The notes below the pieces were generated by a model. It was not told the origin of the DNA. It did no database searches and saw only the letters and a program-made list of their open reading frames with translations. A DNA stretch of 59,983 bases, taken from the NCBI GenBank assembly GCA_902542795.1, contig CACBVP010000001.1:1-59983 (forward strand), written 5' to 3'. Positions 52,321 to 59,983 of the stretch are shown piece after piece. The translations under genes and the position numbers were made by a program. Each line of letters opens with the position of its first letter. Position 1 is the stretch's first letter. Origin of the DNA: an uncultured Pelagibacteraceae bacterium (GTDB lineage: Bacteria > Pseudomonadota > Alphaproteobacteria > Pelagibacterales > Pelagibacteraceae).

Positions 52321-52635
52321 ATGGAAAACGATAGTTATATTGTCATAGAAGGAGTTCATAAAAATCCTAATAATATTGGTACTATTGATGAGAGTACAAA
52401 AAAGATCCATGGTCCATTTGACCAAAAAAAAGCTAACGATTTTGCAAAAGGGTTAATTCAAAAAAATGTTGATAATTTTTATCACAGAGCCTGGGTAGTT
52501 AAAGAGGGATTAAAAATTGATGATATGTGTGAAGAATGTAAAAAGGAAGACGAAAGCGTTAAGCAAAATCTTATAATGCATAGTTACAAAATATGTAACA
52601 GTTGTAATTTGGCTAAAAGAATTTTTCCTCTTTAA
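52321..52635 (+). CDS. DUF4170-like protein with C-terminal CxxC..CxxC
   Basis: YIVIEG..HGPF...QKNVDNFYHRAWVV, then CEEC...CNSC. Confidence 0.55.
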   Translation: MENDSYIVIEGVHKNPNNIGTIDESTKKIHGPFDQKKANDFAKGLIQKNVDNFYHRAWVVKEGLKIDDMCEECKKEDESVKQNLIMHSYKICNSCNLAKRIFPL

Positions 52636-53153
52636 GCGCCTTTAAAAAATACAATTATTAAGAATAAAAAGAACGCCTGAAATAACCAAGACACAACTAC
52701 AACACCAAAAGCTTTTAATAAACTGTCATAGTCTAAAGCAGATTTAACAGCTACAACCATACAAGCTAGCATCCAAAATGCTGATCCAATAAAAGTTACT
52801 GTCATAAGTTCAGGCGTAACACCAAAAACTCTGATAAGACCTGGAGCACTTGAAAAACCTATTGTTCTTAAAAGTTCTCCGTGATTACTTTTCGTTTTTC
52901 TATCTCCAAAAAGCTTTACACCTACAAAATAAATTATATATGCCCAAACATACCAACTTAATAAAGATAATGCGGGTGCAATTAAAAAATTTGATGCTCC
53001 TAAATGTAAAGAACCAACACCTGCGGCTAAACTAGATAATACAACTACTAAACCAGCTTGGAGTGTGGCTTTTTTATCTTTCTCAACTTCTTCAAATAAC
53101 TCAATATCAATTTTAATTGCTCTGAAGACTCTATTTAAAAATAAATTAATCAT
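52632..53153 (-). CDS. Yip1 family membrane protein
   Basis: FEEVEKDKKAT.QA, LLRTIGFSSAPG, about 5 TM. Confidence 0.75.
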   Translation of the reverse strand: MINLFLNRVFRAIKIDIELFEEVEKDKKATLQAGLVVVLSSLAAGVGSLHLGASNFLIAPALSLLSWYVWAYIIYFVGVKLFGDRKTKSNHGELLRTIGFSSAPGLIRVFGVTPELMTVTFIGSAFWMLACMVVAVKSALDYDSLLKAFGVVVVSWLFQAFFLFLIIVFFKGA

Positions 53154-53947
53154 GATTTTTTGATAAATGGTTTTAATAATTTTAAGATTTTAGTATGCAA
53201 TACTTTATTAGATGTGGCTAGAATATTTCCTCCGTTTTCAGCTGGCTCATTTTTCCAATTTGTTACAATTGCACCAGAATTTTTTATAATTGGTATCAAA
53301 GGTAATATATCATATGGTTTTAAATTAGCTTCAATCACTGCATCTACAGTCCCTTCAGCCAACAAACAATAATTCAGGGCATCAAAACCTGCCAATCTGA
53401 AGGACCATCCAAATTTTTTAATCACCCTTCTCTGCTTTTCATAACTTAGAGTTCCATGAAAATTTCCAATAATTTTAATTGTTTTCAAATTATTATTATT
53501 CGATGATTTAAGAATAAATTTTTTATTGTTTTTAAATAAGTATGATTTCTTTTTATCATTAATATAATATTTATTTAATTCTGGAAAATTTGCTAAACCT
53601 AAAATTGATTTGTTATTCTCAGAAAGGCTAATAAGATTAGACCATGTTGGTGCACCAATAACAAATGCTCTTGTTCCATCAATAGGATCAATTGACCATT
53701 TAAGATTATTAGAAGAAAATTTATCTTCGTATTCTTCGCCAATTATTGAGTCTTTGGGAAATTTTTTATTTATTAATGATCTGATATATTTTTCAAAAGC
53801 ACGATCAAAATTTGTTACTGGATCAAAATCTTTTTTTGTCTTAGATTTATTGCTTACTTTAACTCCAGAACTAGATCTCTTGTTATAAAAAGAATTTAAT
53901 TTTGGTGGTAAATTTTTAAGAAATTTAAATGGTTTTGTATAATCCAT
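53150..53947 (-). CDS. Inositol monophosphatase family / histidinol-phosphate phosphatase HisN-like (start 53947)
   Basis: FDPVTNFD, IIGEE, WSIDPIDGTRAF, LKPYDI. Confidence 0.85.
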   Translation of the reverse strand: MDYTKPFKFLKNLPPKLNSFYNKRSSSGVKVSNKSKTKKDFDPVTNFDRAFEKYIRSLINKKFPKDSIIGEEYEDKFSSNNLKWSIDPIDGTRAFVIGAPTWSNLISLSENNKSILGLANFPELNKYYINDKKKSYLFKNNKKFILKSSNNNNLKTIKIIGNFHGTLSYEKQRRVIKKFGWSFRLAGFDALNYCLLAEGTVDAVIEANLKPYDILPLIPIIKNSGAIVTNWKNEPAENGGNILATSNKVLHTKILKLLKPFIKKS

Positions 53948-53982
53948 TAAGTGTATATAACTTAAAATAAAAAAAAATATAT

Positions 53983-54453
53983 ATGAAAATATCAAAAAAA
54001 ATTGAACCAATTATTTTAGGTATATTTGGTTCAATAATAATTGGCGTTCTGTCATTTTTAAGTTTTGAAACATCCACAGGTTTTTGGTTAATGTTCTCTT
54101 TTGGATCAACAACTTTAATAGTCTTTGTGTTTCATGATAGCGAATTTGCTCAACCAGCAAATATTTTTTTCGGTCATTTATTAGCAATAATTATTGGGGT
54201 TATATTTAATGAAATTTTAGGAATATCTTTTATAAGTTTAGGATTATCAGTGGGATTAACAATTACCTTAATGATGTATTTTAAAGTCATCCATCCGCCT
54301 GCCGCTGCAAATCCAATAATAGCATTATTTGCAGATGTTTCCGTGAATTACATTTTGTTCCCTGTCATAGTAGGATCTATATCCATAATTATCTTATCAA
54401 TAATGTTTAATAGATTTCTATTAAAAAGAAACTATCCAAAGAAGTGGTTTTAA
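53983..54453 (+). CDS. HPP family membrane protein
   Basis: SFGST, AQPANIFFGH, IHPPAAA. Confidence 0.9.
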   Translation: MKISKKIEPIILGIFGSIIIGVLSFLSFETSTGFWLMFSFGSTTLIVFVFHDSEFAQPANIFFGHLLAIIIGVIFNEILGISFISLGLSVGLTITLMMYFKVIHPPAAANPIIALFADVSVNYILFPVIVGSISIIILSIMFNRFLLKRNYPKKWF

Positions 54454-54456
54454 AAT

Positions 54457-54921
54457 TTAATTTTTAATAAAAATTGTAAAATTTAATATAAGTGCGTATG
54501 AGCTCCATAAAAAATATGGTGTCATTAAATAAAAGCTAATCTTATCTTTTGCTAAATATAGTTTCATTAAAATAACTATAAAAATTAATATAATTATTAA
54601 ATCTAATAAAGCTAAACCTATTAGATGAAATCCAAAAAAAATAATGCTCCAAATAAGATTAAAGAACAAATGTATGAAATAAATGTTTAGTGTTTTTTTA
54701 TCATAAAATTTTATCCATATCCTCCAAGCGGCAATTGACATAAGGACATATAAAGTGGTCCAAACAGGTGCAAAAACCCAACTAGGTGGATTAAAACTTG
54801 GTAAAATTATTTGTGAATACCACGGTTCTTTAAATGATGAGGTGGTAAAACCACCTATTGCTGATGCAGCAAAGGTTATCAATAAAATAAAAAAGAGAGA
54901 TAAGTATTTATTCTTTGTCAT
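54457..54921 (-). CDS. tspO: TspO/MBR family protein
   Basis: WY...PSFNPPSWVFAPVWTTLY, NLIWSIIFFG, PYFLW..YA..LN. Confidence 0.93.
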   Translation of the reverse strand: MTKNKYLSLFFILLITFAASAIGGFTTSSFKEPWYSQIILPSFNPPSWVFAPVWTTLYVLMSIAAWRIWIKFYDKKTLNIYFIHLFFNLIWSIIFFGFHLIGLALLDLIIILIFIVILMKLYLAKDKISFYLMTPYFLWSSYALILNFTIFIKN

Positions 54922-54942
54922 AATATAAGATATAACCAATTC

Positions 54943-55695
54943 ATGTCTGAAAATCAGAAAAAAATTTGGGTAACAGGTGCTAGCAGCGGCATTGGTAAAG
55001 CAGTTGCTGAAAAATTTGCACGTGAAGGCTGGAAAGTTGCTGTATCAGCAAGAAGAAAAGAGTTGTTAGATGAAATGGCAAAGAATGACAATATTTTTTC
55101 TTTTCCACTTGATGTTACAAATTTTGAAAACTGTAAATCCACATTTGATAAAATTAGAGATCAATTAGGTGATATTGATATTTGTTTTTTATGTAGTGGA
55201 ACCTATGATCCTAAGAAAGAACAAGAGCTCAATTTAGAAGAAAATAAATTTGTAATGGATGTTAATTATTTTGGGACTCTTAATTGCGTAAAAGCTGTAG
55301 AAAAATATTTTAAAGAAAAGAAAGCAGGCCATATATCAATTGTTTCCTCTATCGCTGGTTATAGAGGTTTGCCCAATTCAAGTGGGTACGGTCCATCTAA
55401 GGCTGCATTGACAAATTTTGCAGAGAGTATTTATTTTGATTTTAAAAAATATGGTGTGAGAGTTTCTGTTACTTCTCCTGGATTTATTAAAACTCCACTA
55501 ACGGATAAAAATGAATTTCCTATGCCTTTTTTAAGATCACCAGAATTTGCGGCTGATAAAGTTTATTATGGATTAATTAAATCTAGAGGTTTTGAGATAC
55601 ATTTTCCAAAACAATTAACAATGACCTTAAAGTTTTTAAGAATATTGCCTTATAGAGTTTATTTATTTTTAGTTGATAAGTTAGTAAAACGTTAA
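54943..55695 (+). CDS. Short-chain dehydrogenase
   Basis: TGASSGIG, YGPSKAA, PGFIKTPLTDKNEFPMPF. Confidence 0.9.
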   Translation: MSENQKKIWVTGASSGIGKAVAEKFAREGWKVAVSARRKELLDEMAKNDNIFSFPLDVTNFENCKSTFDKIRDQLGDIDICFLCSGTYDPKKEQELNLEENKFVMDVNYFGTLNCVKAVEKYFKEKKAGHISIVSSIAGYRGLPNSSGYGPSKAALTNFAESIYFDFKKYGVRVSVTSPGFIKTPLTDKNEFPMPFLRSPEFAADKVYYGLIKSRGFEIHFPKQLTMTLKFLRILPYRVYLFLVDKLVKR

Positions 55696-55732
55696 ATCAT
55701 CCAAACTATTCTAAAAAAATTTTTCAAAGACA

Positions 55733-56257
55733 TTAATCTTTAACAAACATCACAGTTAATTCTGCAACCTTTATTCCAAATTTAGTCATCGTAGCTCTAT
55801 TAATTGCTACACGCTCATCTTGCATAAAAATCCAATCGTCAAAAGTAATTTTGATGTTTTTTCCTTTTACTGGAACAAGTAAAACATATTCAAACTTAAA
55901 CGCAGGACCATAAGAATAACCTTTAGCTGTTCCCACTACATCGGAAGCAGTGCCCTCATAATTGTGCTCATCTATTTTTTTTATTTGCCATTGTCTTGTT
56001 TGTCTTTCTCCATCGGCCCAATCAAAAACTTCATCTAAAATCAATTCAGAGCCGTTCCATTTGCCATTCAAATCAGCCTTAAATTGTCTTGTAACTTTCC
56101 CTGATCTATTTTGCAAAACCCCCCAGGCTTTAACATTACCTGACAAATATTCTTCAATAATTAATCTTGGTTTTTGATCTTTAAAATCTGTTGGTTTCAT
56201 TTTATTCGCACACCCTGTTAAAATTAATAAAAAAATTATACTTAAAATTTTTTTCAT
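55733..56257 (-). CDS. DUF3833 family lipoprotein
   Basis: LTGC lipobox; AWGVLQNRSG, FDDWIF, KFGIKV. Confidence 0.85.
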   Translation of the reverse strand: MKKILSIIFLLILTGCANKMKPTDFKDQKPRLIIEEYLSGNVKAWGVLQNRSGKVTRQFKADLNGKWNGSELILDEVFDWADGERQTRQWQIKKIDEHNYEGTASDVVGTAKGYSYGPAFKFEYVLLVPVKGKNIKITFDDWIFMQDERVAINRATMTKFGIKVAELTVMFVKD

Positions 56258-57444
56258 ACGCTCTGATTATTCGACATTGAGAATTGAATCAAGTTAATGT
56301 TTTTCGATTTAAACCCAGCCTCACAGTAAGATAGGTAAAATTCCCACATTCTCTTAAAAGCTTCATCAAAACCCAACGGTGAAATATTTTTCCATGCGTT
56401 CAAAAAATTACTTTTCCAAATATTTAATGTTTTCGCATAATCATCTGAGTATGTATTAATTTTATCTAAAGAAAGGTTGTGTTTTTTTATCAACTGTTTC
56501 ATAAATTTTTCTGAGGGTAAAAATCCACCAGGAAATATATATTTTTGAATGAAATCTTCACTGCTTCTATATCTCTCAAATAATTTGTCACTTATTGTTA
56601 TTCCTTGAATTGCTGCAGTTCCATTGCTTTTTAATGAATTTTTTATAGTACCAAAGTATTTGTCTAAGTAATTTTCTCCAACTGCCTCTATCATTTCAAT
56701 TGATGCAATGTTGTCGTATTTATCCTTTACATCTCTATAATCTAAAAATTTTACATTAACTTTGTTATCTAATCCTGAGGTTGCAATTCTATTTTTTGAA
56801 AATTCAAATTGTTTTTTTGAAATTGTTATACAATCAATTGAAACATTATAATTTTTAGCTAAATATTCCGAAAAACCACCCCAACCACAACCTATCTCTA
56901 AAACTTTATTTCCTTCTTTAATCTTTAAAAGATCAATTAGTTTTTGATACTTGTTTCTTTGCGCTTTTTCTAAACTTTCATTCTGGTCCATATAGATGGC
57001 GCTTGAGTATGTAAGTGATTTATCCAACCATTTAGAAAAGAAATCATTCCCTAAATCATAATGTTTAGAAATATTTTTTAAACTTTTTGACTTAGTATTA
57101 GATGCAAATATTTTTTTAATTAAATTTTTAATTTTTTGTAATTTTAAGCTACCGGAAAAAGAATATACAAGCTTTACATTTTTAGCTGTTATTTCAATAA
57201 GATTTGTTAGGTTGGATGTATAAAAATCTTTTTTCATATGAGCTTCTCCAAATGCAGAACTTCCACCTAGTATAATATTTGTAAAAAAATTGGGATTATT
57301 AATTTTAATATCAGCAGATAGTTTGGACTCTAAATTTCCAAAATGAAAAACTTTTCCATCGTAATTTATTAATTTCAAATTTCCATATTCTAATTTTTTT
57401 AATCTATTAAGAATAAATTTTTCTGAAATTTTCGATATACTCAT
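56254..57444 (-). CDS. cfa: Cyclopropane-fatty-acyl synthase family methyltransferase (UfaM-like)
   Basis: HYDLGNDFF, LEIGCGWG, SIEMIEAVG, FIQKYIFPGG, MWEFYLSYCEAGF. Confidence 0.92.
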   Translation of the reverse strand: MSISKISEKFILNRLKKLEYGNLKLINYDGKVFHFGNLESKLSADIKINNPNFFTNIILGGSSAFGEAHMKKDFYTSNLTNLIEITAKNVKLVYSFSGSLKLQKIKNLIKKIFASNTKSKSLKNISKHYDLGNDFFSKWLDKSLTYSSAIYMDQNESLEKAQRNKYQKLIDLLKIKEGNKVLEIGCGWGGFSEYLAKNYNVSIDCITISKKQFEFSKNRIATSGLDNKVNVKFLDYRDVKDKYDNIASIEMIEAVGENYLDKYFGTIKNSLKSNGTAAIQGITISDKLFERYRSSEDFIQKYIFPGGFLPSEKFMKQLIKKHNLSLDKINTYSDDYAKTLNIWKSNFLNAWKNISPLGFDEAFKRMWEFYLSYCEAGFKSKNINLIQFSMSNNQSV

Positions 57445-58205
57445 TAATATTCCTCGTAACTTAGATTATTAAAAACTTTTTTATCTCTTTTTCGATATAT
57501 TGCTCCCTTTTTCCATAAAAGTAATGCTTCAAAATGTATCGAACTTATTATTTTTAAAGTCATCAAAGGATATCTAAAAAAATTTATCAATAATTGTTTA
57601 AAATTAAATTCCTTTTTATCACCAGTTTGTGTAGCAGTTAGTACTGTTCCCTCTGCATCTGTTTGTTTGATCATTACTGATAATCTTTGATTTGGGTCAA
57701 TTAATTTAAAATTATAGAATGTTTCCATATCCATAAACGGAGATACATAAAATTTTTTTTTGCACTTCTGTTTTATTTCTTCACCATCTTTAATTTTAAA
57801 AATATATGTATGTTGTTCATTAAATGTATTTTTAACCTCATAAAATATTGATTTTAATTTATCATTTTCGTAACAGTAAAAAATACTTAGAGGATTGAAA
57901 ACGTAACCAAAAATTCTAGGGTAACAAAGTATTTTTATTTTAGAAATATTGCCTTCTATTTTATATTTTTTGAGATTGGATATTACCCATTTCTTAAGAC
58001 AGTTTCCGTCTCTATCACCATGATCTTTATTGTAAAAACTGAAAATATTGAATTTATTATGTGAGAAAATACTTATAGATTTATCTAATTGTTGAATTTC
58101 GTCTAGATCAATAAATAATGAAAAAGTTTTATAATTTAGGAAATGTTTTACAGGTTTAAATCTTGTGTGGTTTACCTCACCATTATATATACAAGAATTC
58201 ATCAA
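57444..58205 (-). CDS. DUF1365 family protein (UfaO-like)
   Basis: HTRFKP, PRIFGYVFNPLS, EVKNTFNEQHTY, KKFYVSPF. Confidence 0.9.
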   Translation of the reverse strand: MMNSCIYNGEVNHTRFKPVKHFLNYKTFSLFIDLDEIQQLDKSISIFSHNKFNIFSFYNKDHGDRDGNCLKKWVISNLKKYKIEGNISKIKILCYPRIFGYVFNPLSIFYCYENDKLKSIFYEVKNTFNEQHTYIFKIKDGEEIKQKCKKKFYVSPFMDMETFYNFKLIDPNQRLSVMIKQTDAEGTVLTATQTGDKKEFNFKQLLINFFRYPLMTLKIISSIHFEALLLWKKGAIYRKRDKKVFNNLSYEEY

Positions 58206-59410
58206 GTTTTAAATTTGTTTGCTAATTCAATAGATGATTTTAATCCATCTTCATGAAAACCGTAACCAAAATAACTTCCACAAAACCAAGTTCTTTTGTG
58301 ACCTTGTAATAAGTGGAGTTCATTTTGCAATTTAGTATTTTCTGAATTTAAATAAGGATGAGTAAAATCAACCTTCTTAATCACAAATTCATCGCTAATT
58401 TTATAAATTGGATTCAACGTTAAAAAATAATCTTTATCAGTATTTAAGTTTTGTAGTTTGTTTAGCCAGTAAGTAATACAAGTTTTCTCTCCATCAGAAA
58501 TTGAGTTCCAGCTTGACCAGGCTCTTTTTCTTTTAGGCATTAACTGTTTATCTGTATGCAAATATGCTTGGTTTTTAACGTAACTAAATTTGCTTAATAT
58601 ATTTTGCTCTTTTTTAGATGGATCTTCTAATAAATTTAAACTTTGGTCAGCATGAGAAGCTAATATTACATGATCGTAATCTAAATATTCATTTCCTATC
58701 ATTATTCTCACATTGTCTTCACTTCTAGATACTTTAGTAACTTTGTAATTTTTAAAGATTTCACCACTTATTCTCTCAGTAATTTTTTTTACATATGTCC
58801 TGCTTCTATTAGTAACGGTATACCATTGAGGTCTATTTTTTAGTTTAAACAAACCATGATTTGTAAAAAAATCTAAAAAAAATTTTAGCGGCATTTCCTT
58901 GGCTTTATCAAATGGCATTGACCAAATTGCAGCTACCATTGGTATCATGTGATATTCTATAAAATATTTTGACAATTTTTTTTTATTTAAAAAATTACCT
59001 AATGTTTCTTCTCTAGTTTCATCATTAAGATATGTAGGCGCAGCTTTATAAAATGAAATTATTTCTCTAATCATTTTTATAAAGTTTAAATTAAATAAAT
59101 TTATTTTATTGGCAAAAATTCCGCCTAAACCCGTTCCGCTATATTCTATATTTGAATTTTTGATAGAAACTGCGAATGACATATCGCTTTTTTCAAAAGG
59201 AACTTTTAATTCTTCAAAGAAATTTATTAAATTTGGATACGTGAGTTTATTAAAAACAATAAAACCAAGGTCTACTGGTGTAGTTTTATCATCATCTTTA
59301 ATATCGTAAGTATAGGAATGCCCTCCAAAGTGGTCGTCCTGTTCAAACAAATCAACTTTGAATTTTTTTGAGAGAAAATATGCTGAAGATAAACCTGAAA
59401 TTCCTGAGCC
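58202..59410 (-). CDS. FAD-dependent oxidoreductase COG2907 (UfaD-like); first few codons lost at a junction
   Basis: [38 protein letters not shown]; the beta-strand before GxGxxG is missing. Confidence 0.9.
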   Translation of the reverse strand, partial: GSGISGLSSAYFLSKKFKVDLFEQDDHFGGHSYTYDIKDDDKTTPVDLGFIVFNKLTYPNLINFFEELKVPFEKSDMSFAVSIKNSNIEYSGTGLGGIFANKINLFNLNFIKMIREIISFYKAAPTYLNDETREETLGNFLNKKKLSKYFIEYHMIPMVAAIWSMPFDKAKEMPLKFFLDFFTNHGLFKLKNRPQWYTVTNRSRTYVKKITERISGEIFKNYKVTKVSRSEDNVRIMIGNEYLDYDHVILASHADQSLNLLEDPSKKEQNILSKFSYVKNQAYLHTDKQLMPKRKRAWSSWNSISDGEKTCITYWLNKLQNLNTDKDYFLTLNPIYKISDEFVIKKVDFTHPYLNSENTKLQNELHLLQGHKRTWFCGSYFGYGFHEDGLKSSIELANKFKT

Positions 59411-59802
59411 ATCAGACATGGGACTCCACCACCTTTTTGATATTCACTTCTTACTGTGTGTCCAGGACCTTTTGGAGCAACCATAAATACATCTAAATCT
59501 TTTCTAGCGTTTATTAAATCAAAATGAATGTTTAAACCGTGTGCAAATGCTAAACTTGTTCCCTCTTTCATTCTTTGCTCAATATGATTTTTGTAAATTT
59601 CAGATTGCAATTCATCCGGAGTTAACATCATAACTACATCTGCCCATGCTGCGGCATCTGATAAAGACATAACTTTTAAACCTTCACTCTCAGCTTTTTT
59701 TACACTTGAAGAACCTTCTCTTAATGCAACAACAACCTCTTTAACTCCACTATCTTTTAAATTTAATGCATGAGCATGTCCTTGGCTTCCGTAACCAAAG
59801 AT
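59407..59802 (-). CDS. ilvC: Ketol-acid reductoisomerase, internal fragment bounded by junctions
   Basis: [51 protein letters not shown]. Confidence 0.93.
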
Positions 59803-59983
59803 CAAGATACTTTTATTACTACAGAAGTTGGTCAACACCAAATGTGGGCTGCACAACATTATAAGTTTAATAAACCTAATAGATGGATGACATCTGGAGG
59901 ATTAGGTACAATGGGTTACGGTTTACCTGCAGCTATTGGAGTTCAAATAGCTCATCCTAAAAAATTAGTTGTAGATGTGGCCG
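59794..59983 (+). CDS. ilvI: Acetolactate synthase large subunit, internal fragment (absent from ORF track)
   Basis: [23 protein letters not shown]...[23 protein letters not shown]. Confidence 0.93.

Noticed and set aside
3667-52635. Convergent genes sharing overlapping stop codons with no terminator
   Set aside because: General streamlining feature, not a specific system
1787-59309. Many 60-120 aa antisense or off-frame ORFs (e.g. 1787-2032, 12442-12744, 20560-20916, 27586-27852)
   Set aside because: Shadows of well-supported genes; no motifs or RBS
59272-59859. 195-aa ORF as a novel short IlvC
   Set aside because: Both ends come from other genes (antisense ilvI, off-frame oxidoreductase) across junctions
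1-59983. CRISPR arrays, integrases, transposases, prophage or defence genes
   Set aside because: None seen; no tRNA-end duplications or spaced repeats detected by eye

Overview
Very AT-rich, tightly packed alphaproteobacterial DNA with the gene content and order of a SAR11/Pelagibacter genome. 1-39.25 kb is a core block: folP end, glmM, thiD, purA, rpoH, rluD, tRNA-Arg(UCG), Sua5, xseB-ispA-dxs, aroC, pdxH, ispB, glyQS-ppdK, nadAC, tRNA-Leu, pyrC, prpE, green-type proteorhodopsin with fdx/FNR/gst, dksA, tolC, recA and alaS. At ~39.25 kb alaS and a second ammonium transporter are both cut and fused at an apparent 8-bp microhomology. Two more such junctions near 59.41 and 59.80 kb join ufaD-like/ilvC and ilvC/inverted ilvI. 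These look like amplification or assembly chimeras. 39.3-45.2 kb holds tandem amt genes with no PII gene, HU, rseP, an LsrB/VtlR-like LysR, acuI and folE. 47-59.4 kb is a light/oxidative-stress cluster: an Fe-S-free (6-4) photolyase, a NewPHL-like photolyase, msrA, tspO and cfa/DUF1365/FAD-oxidoreductase genes resembling the furan-fatty-acid pathway. The best novel candidate is a 75-nt structured RNA in the amt1 3' UTR. It has two C-rich anti-Shine-Dalgarno loops (AbcR-like). One loop is 14/15 complementary to the proteorhodopsin ribosome-binding site, and a LysR-type box lies upstream of amt1. All calls come from reading the sequence; no searches were run.
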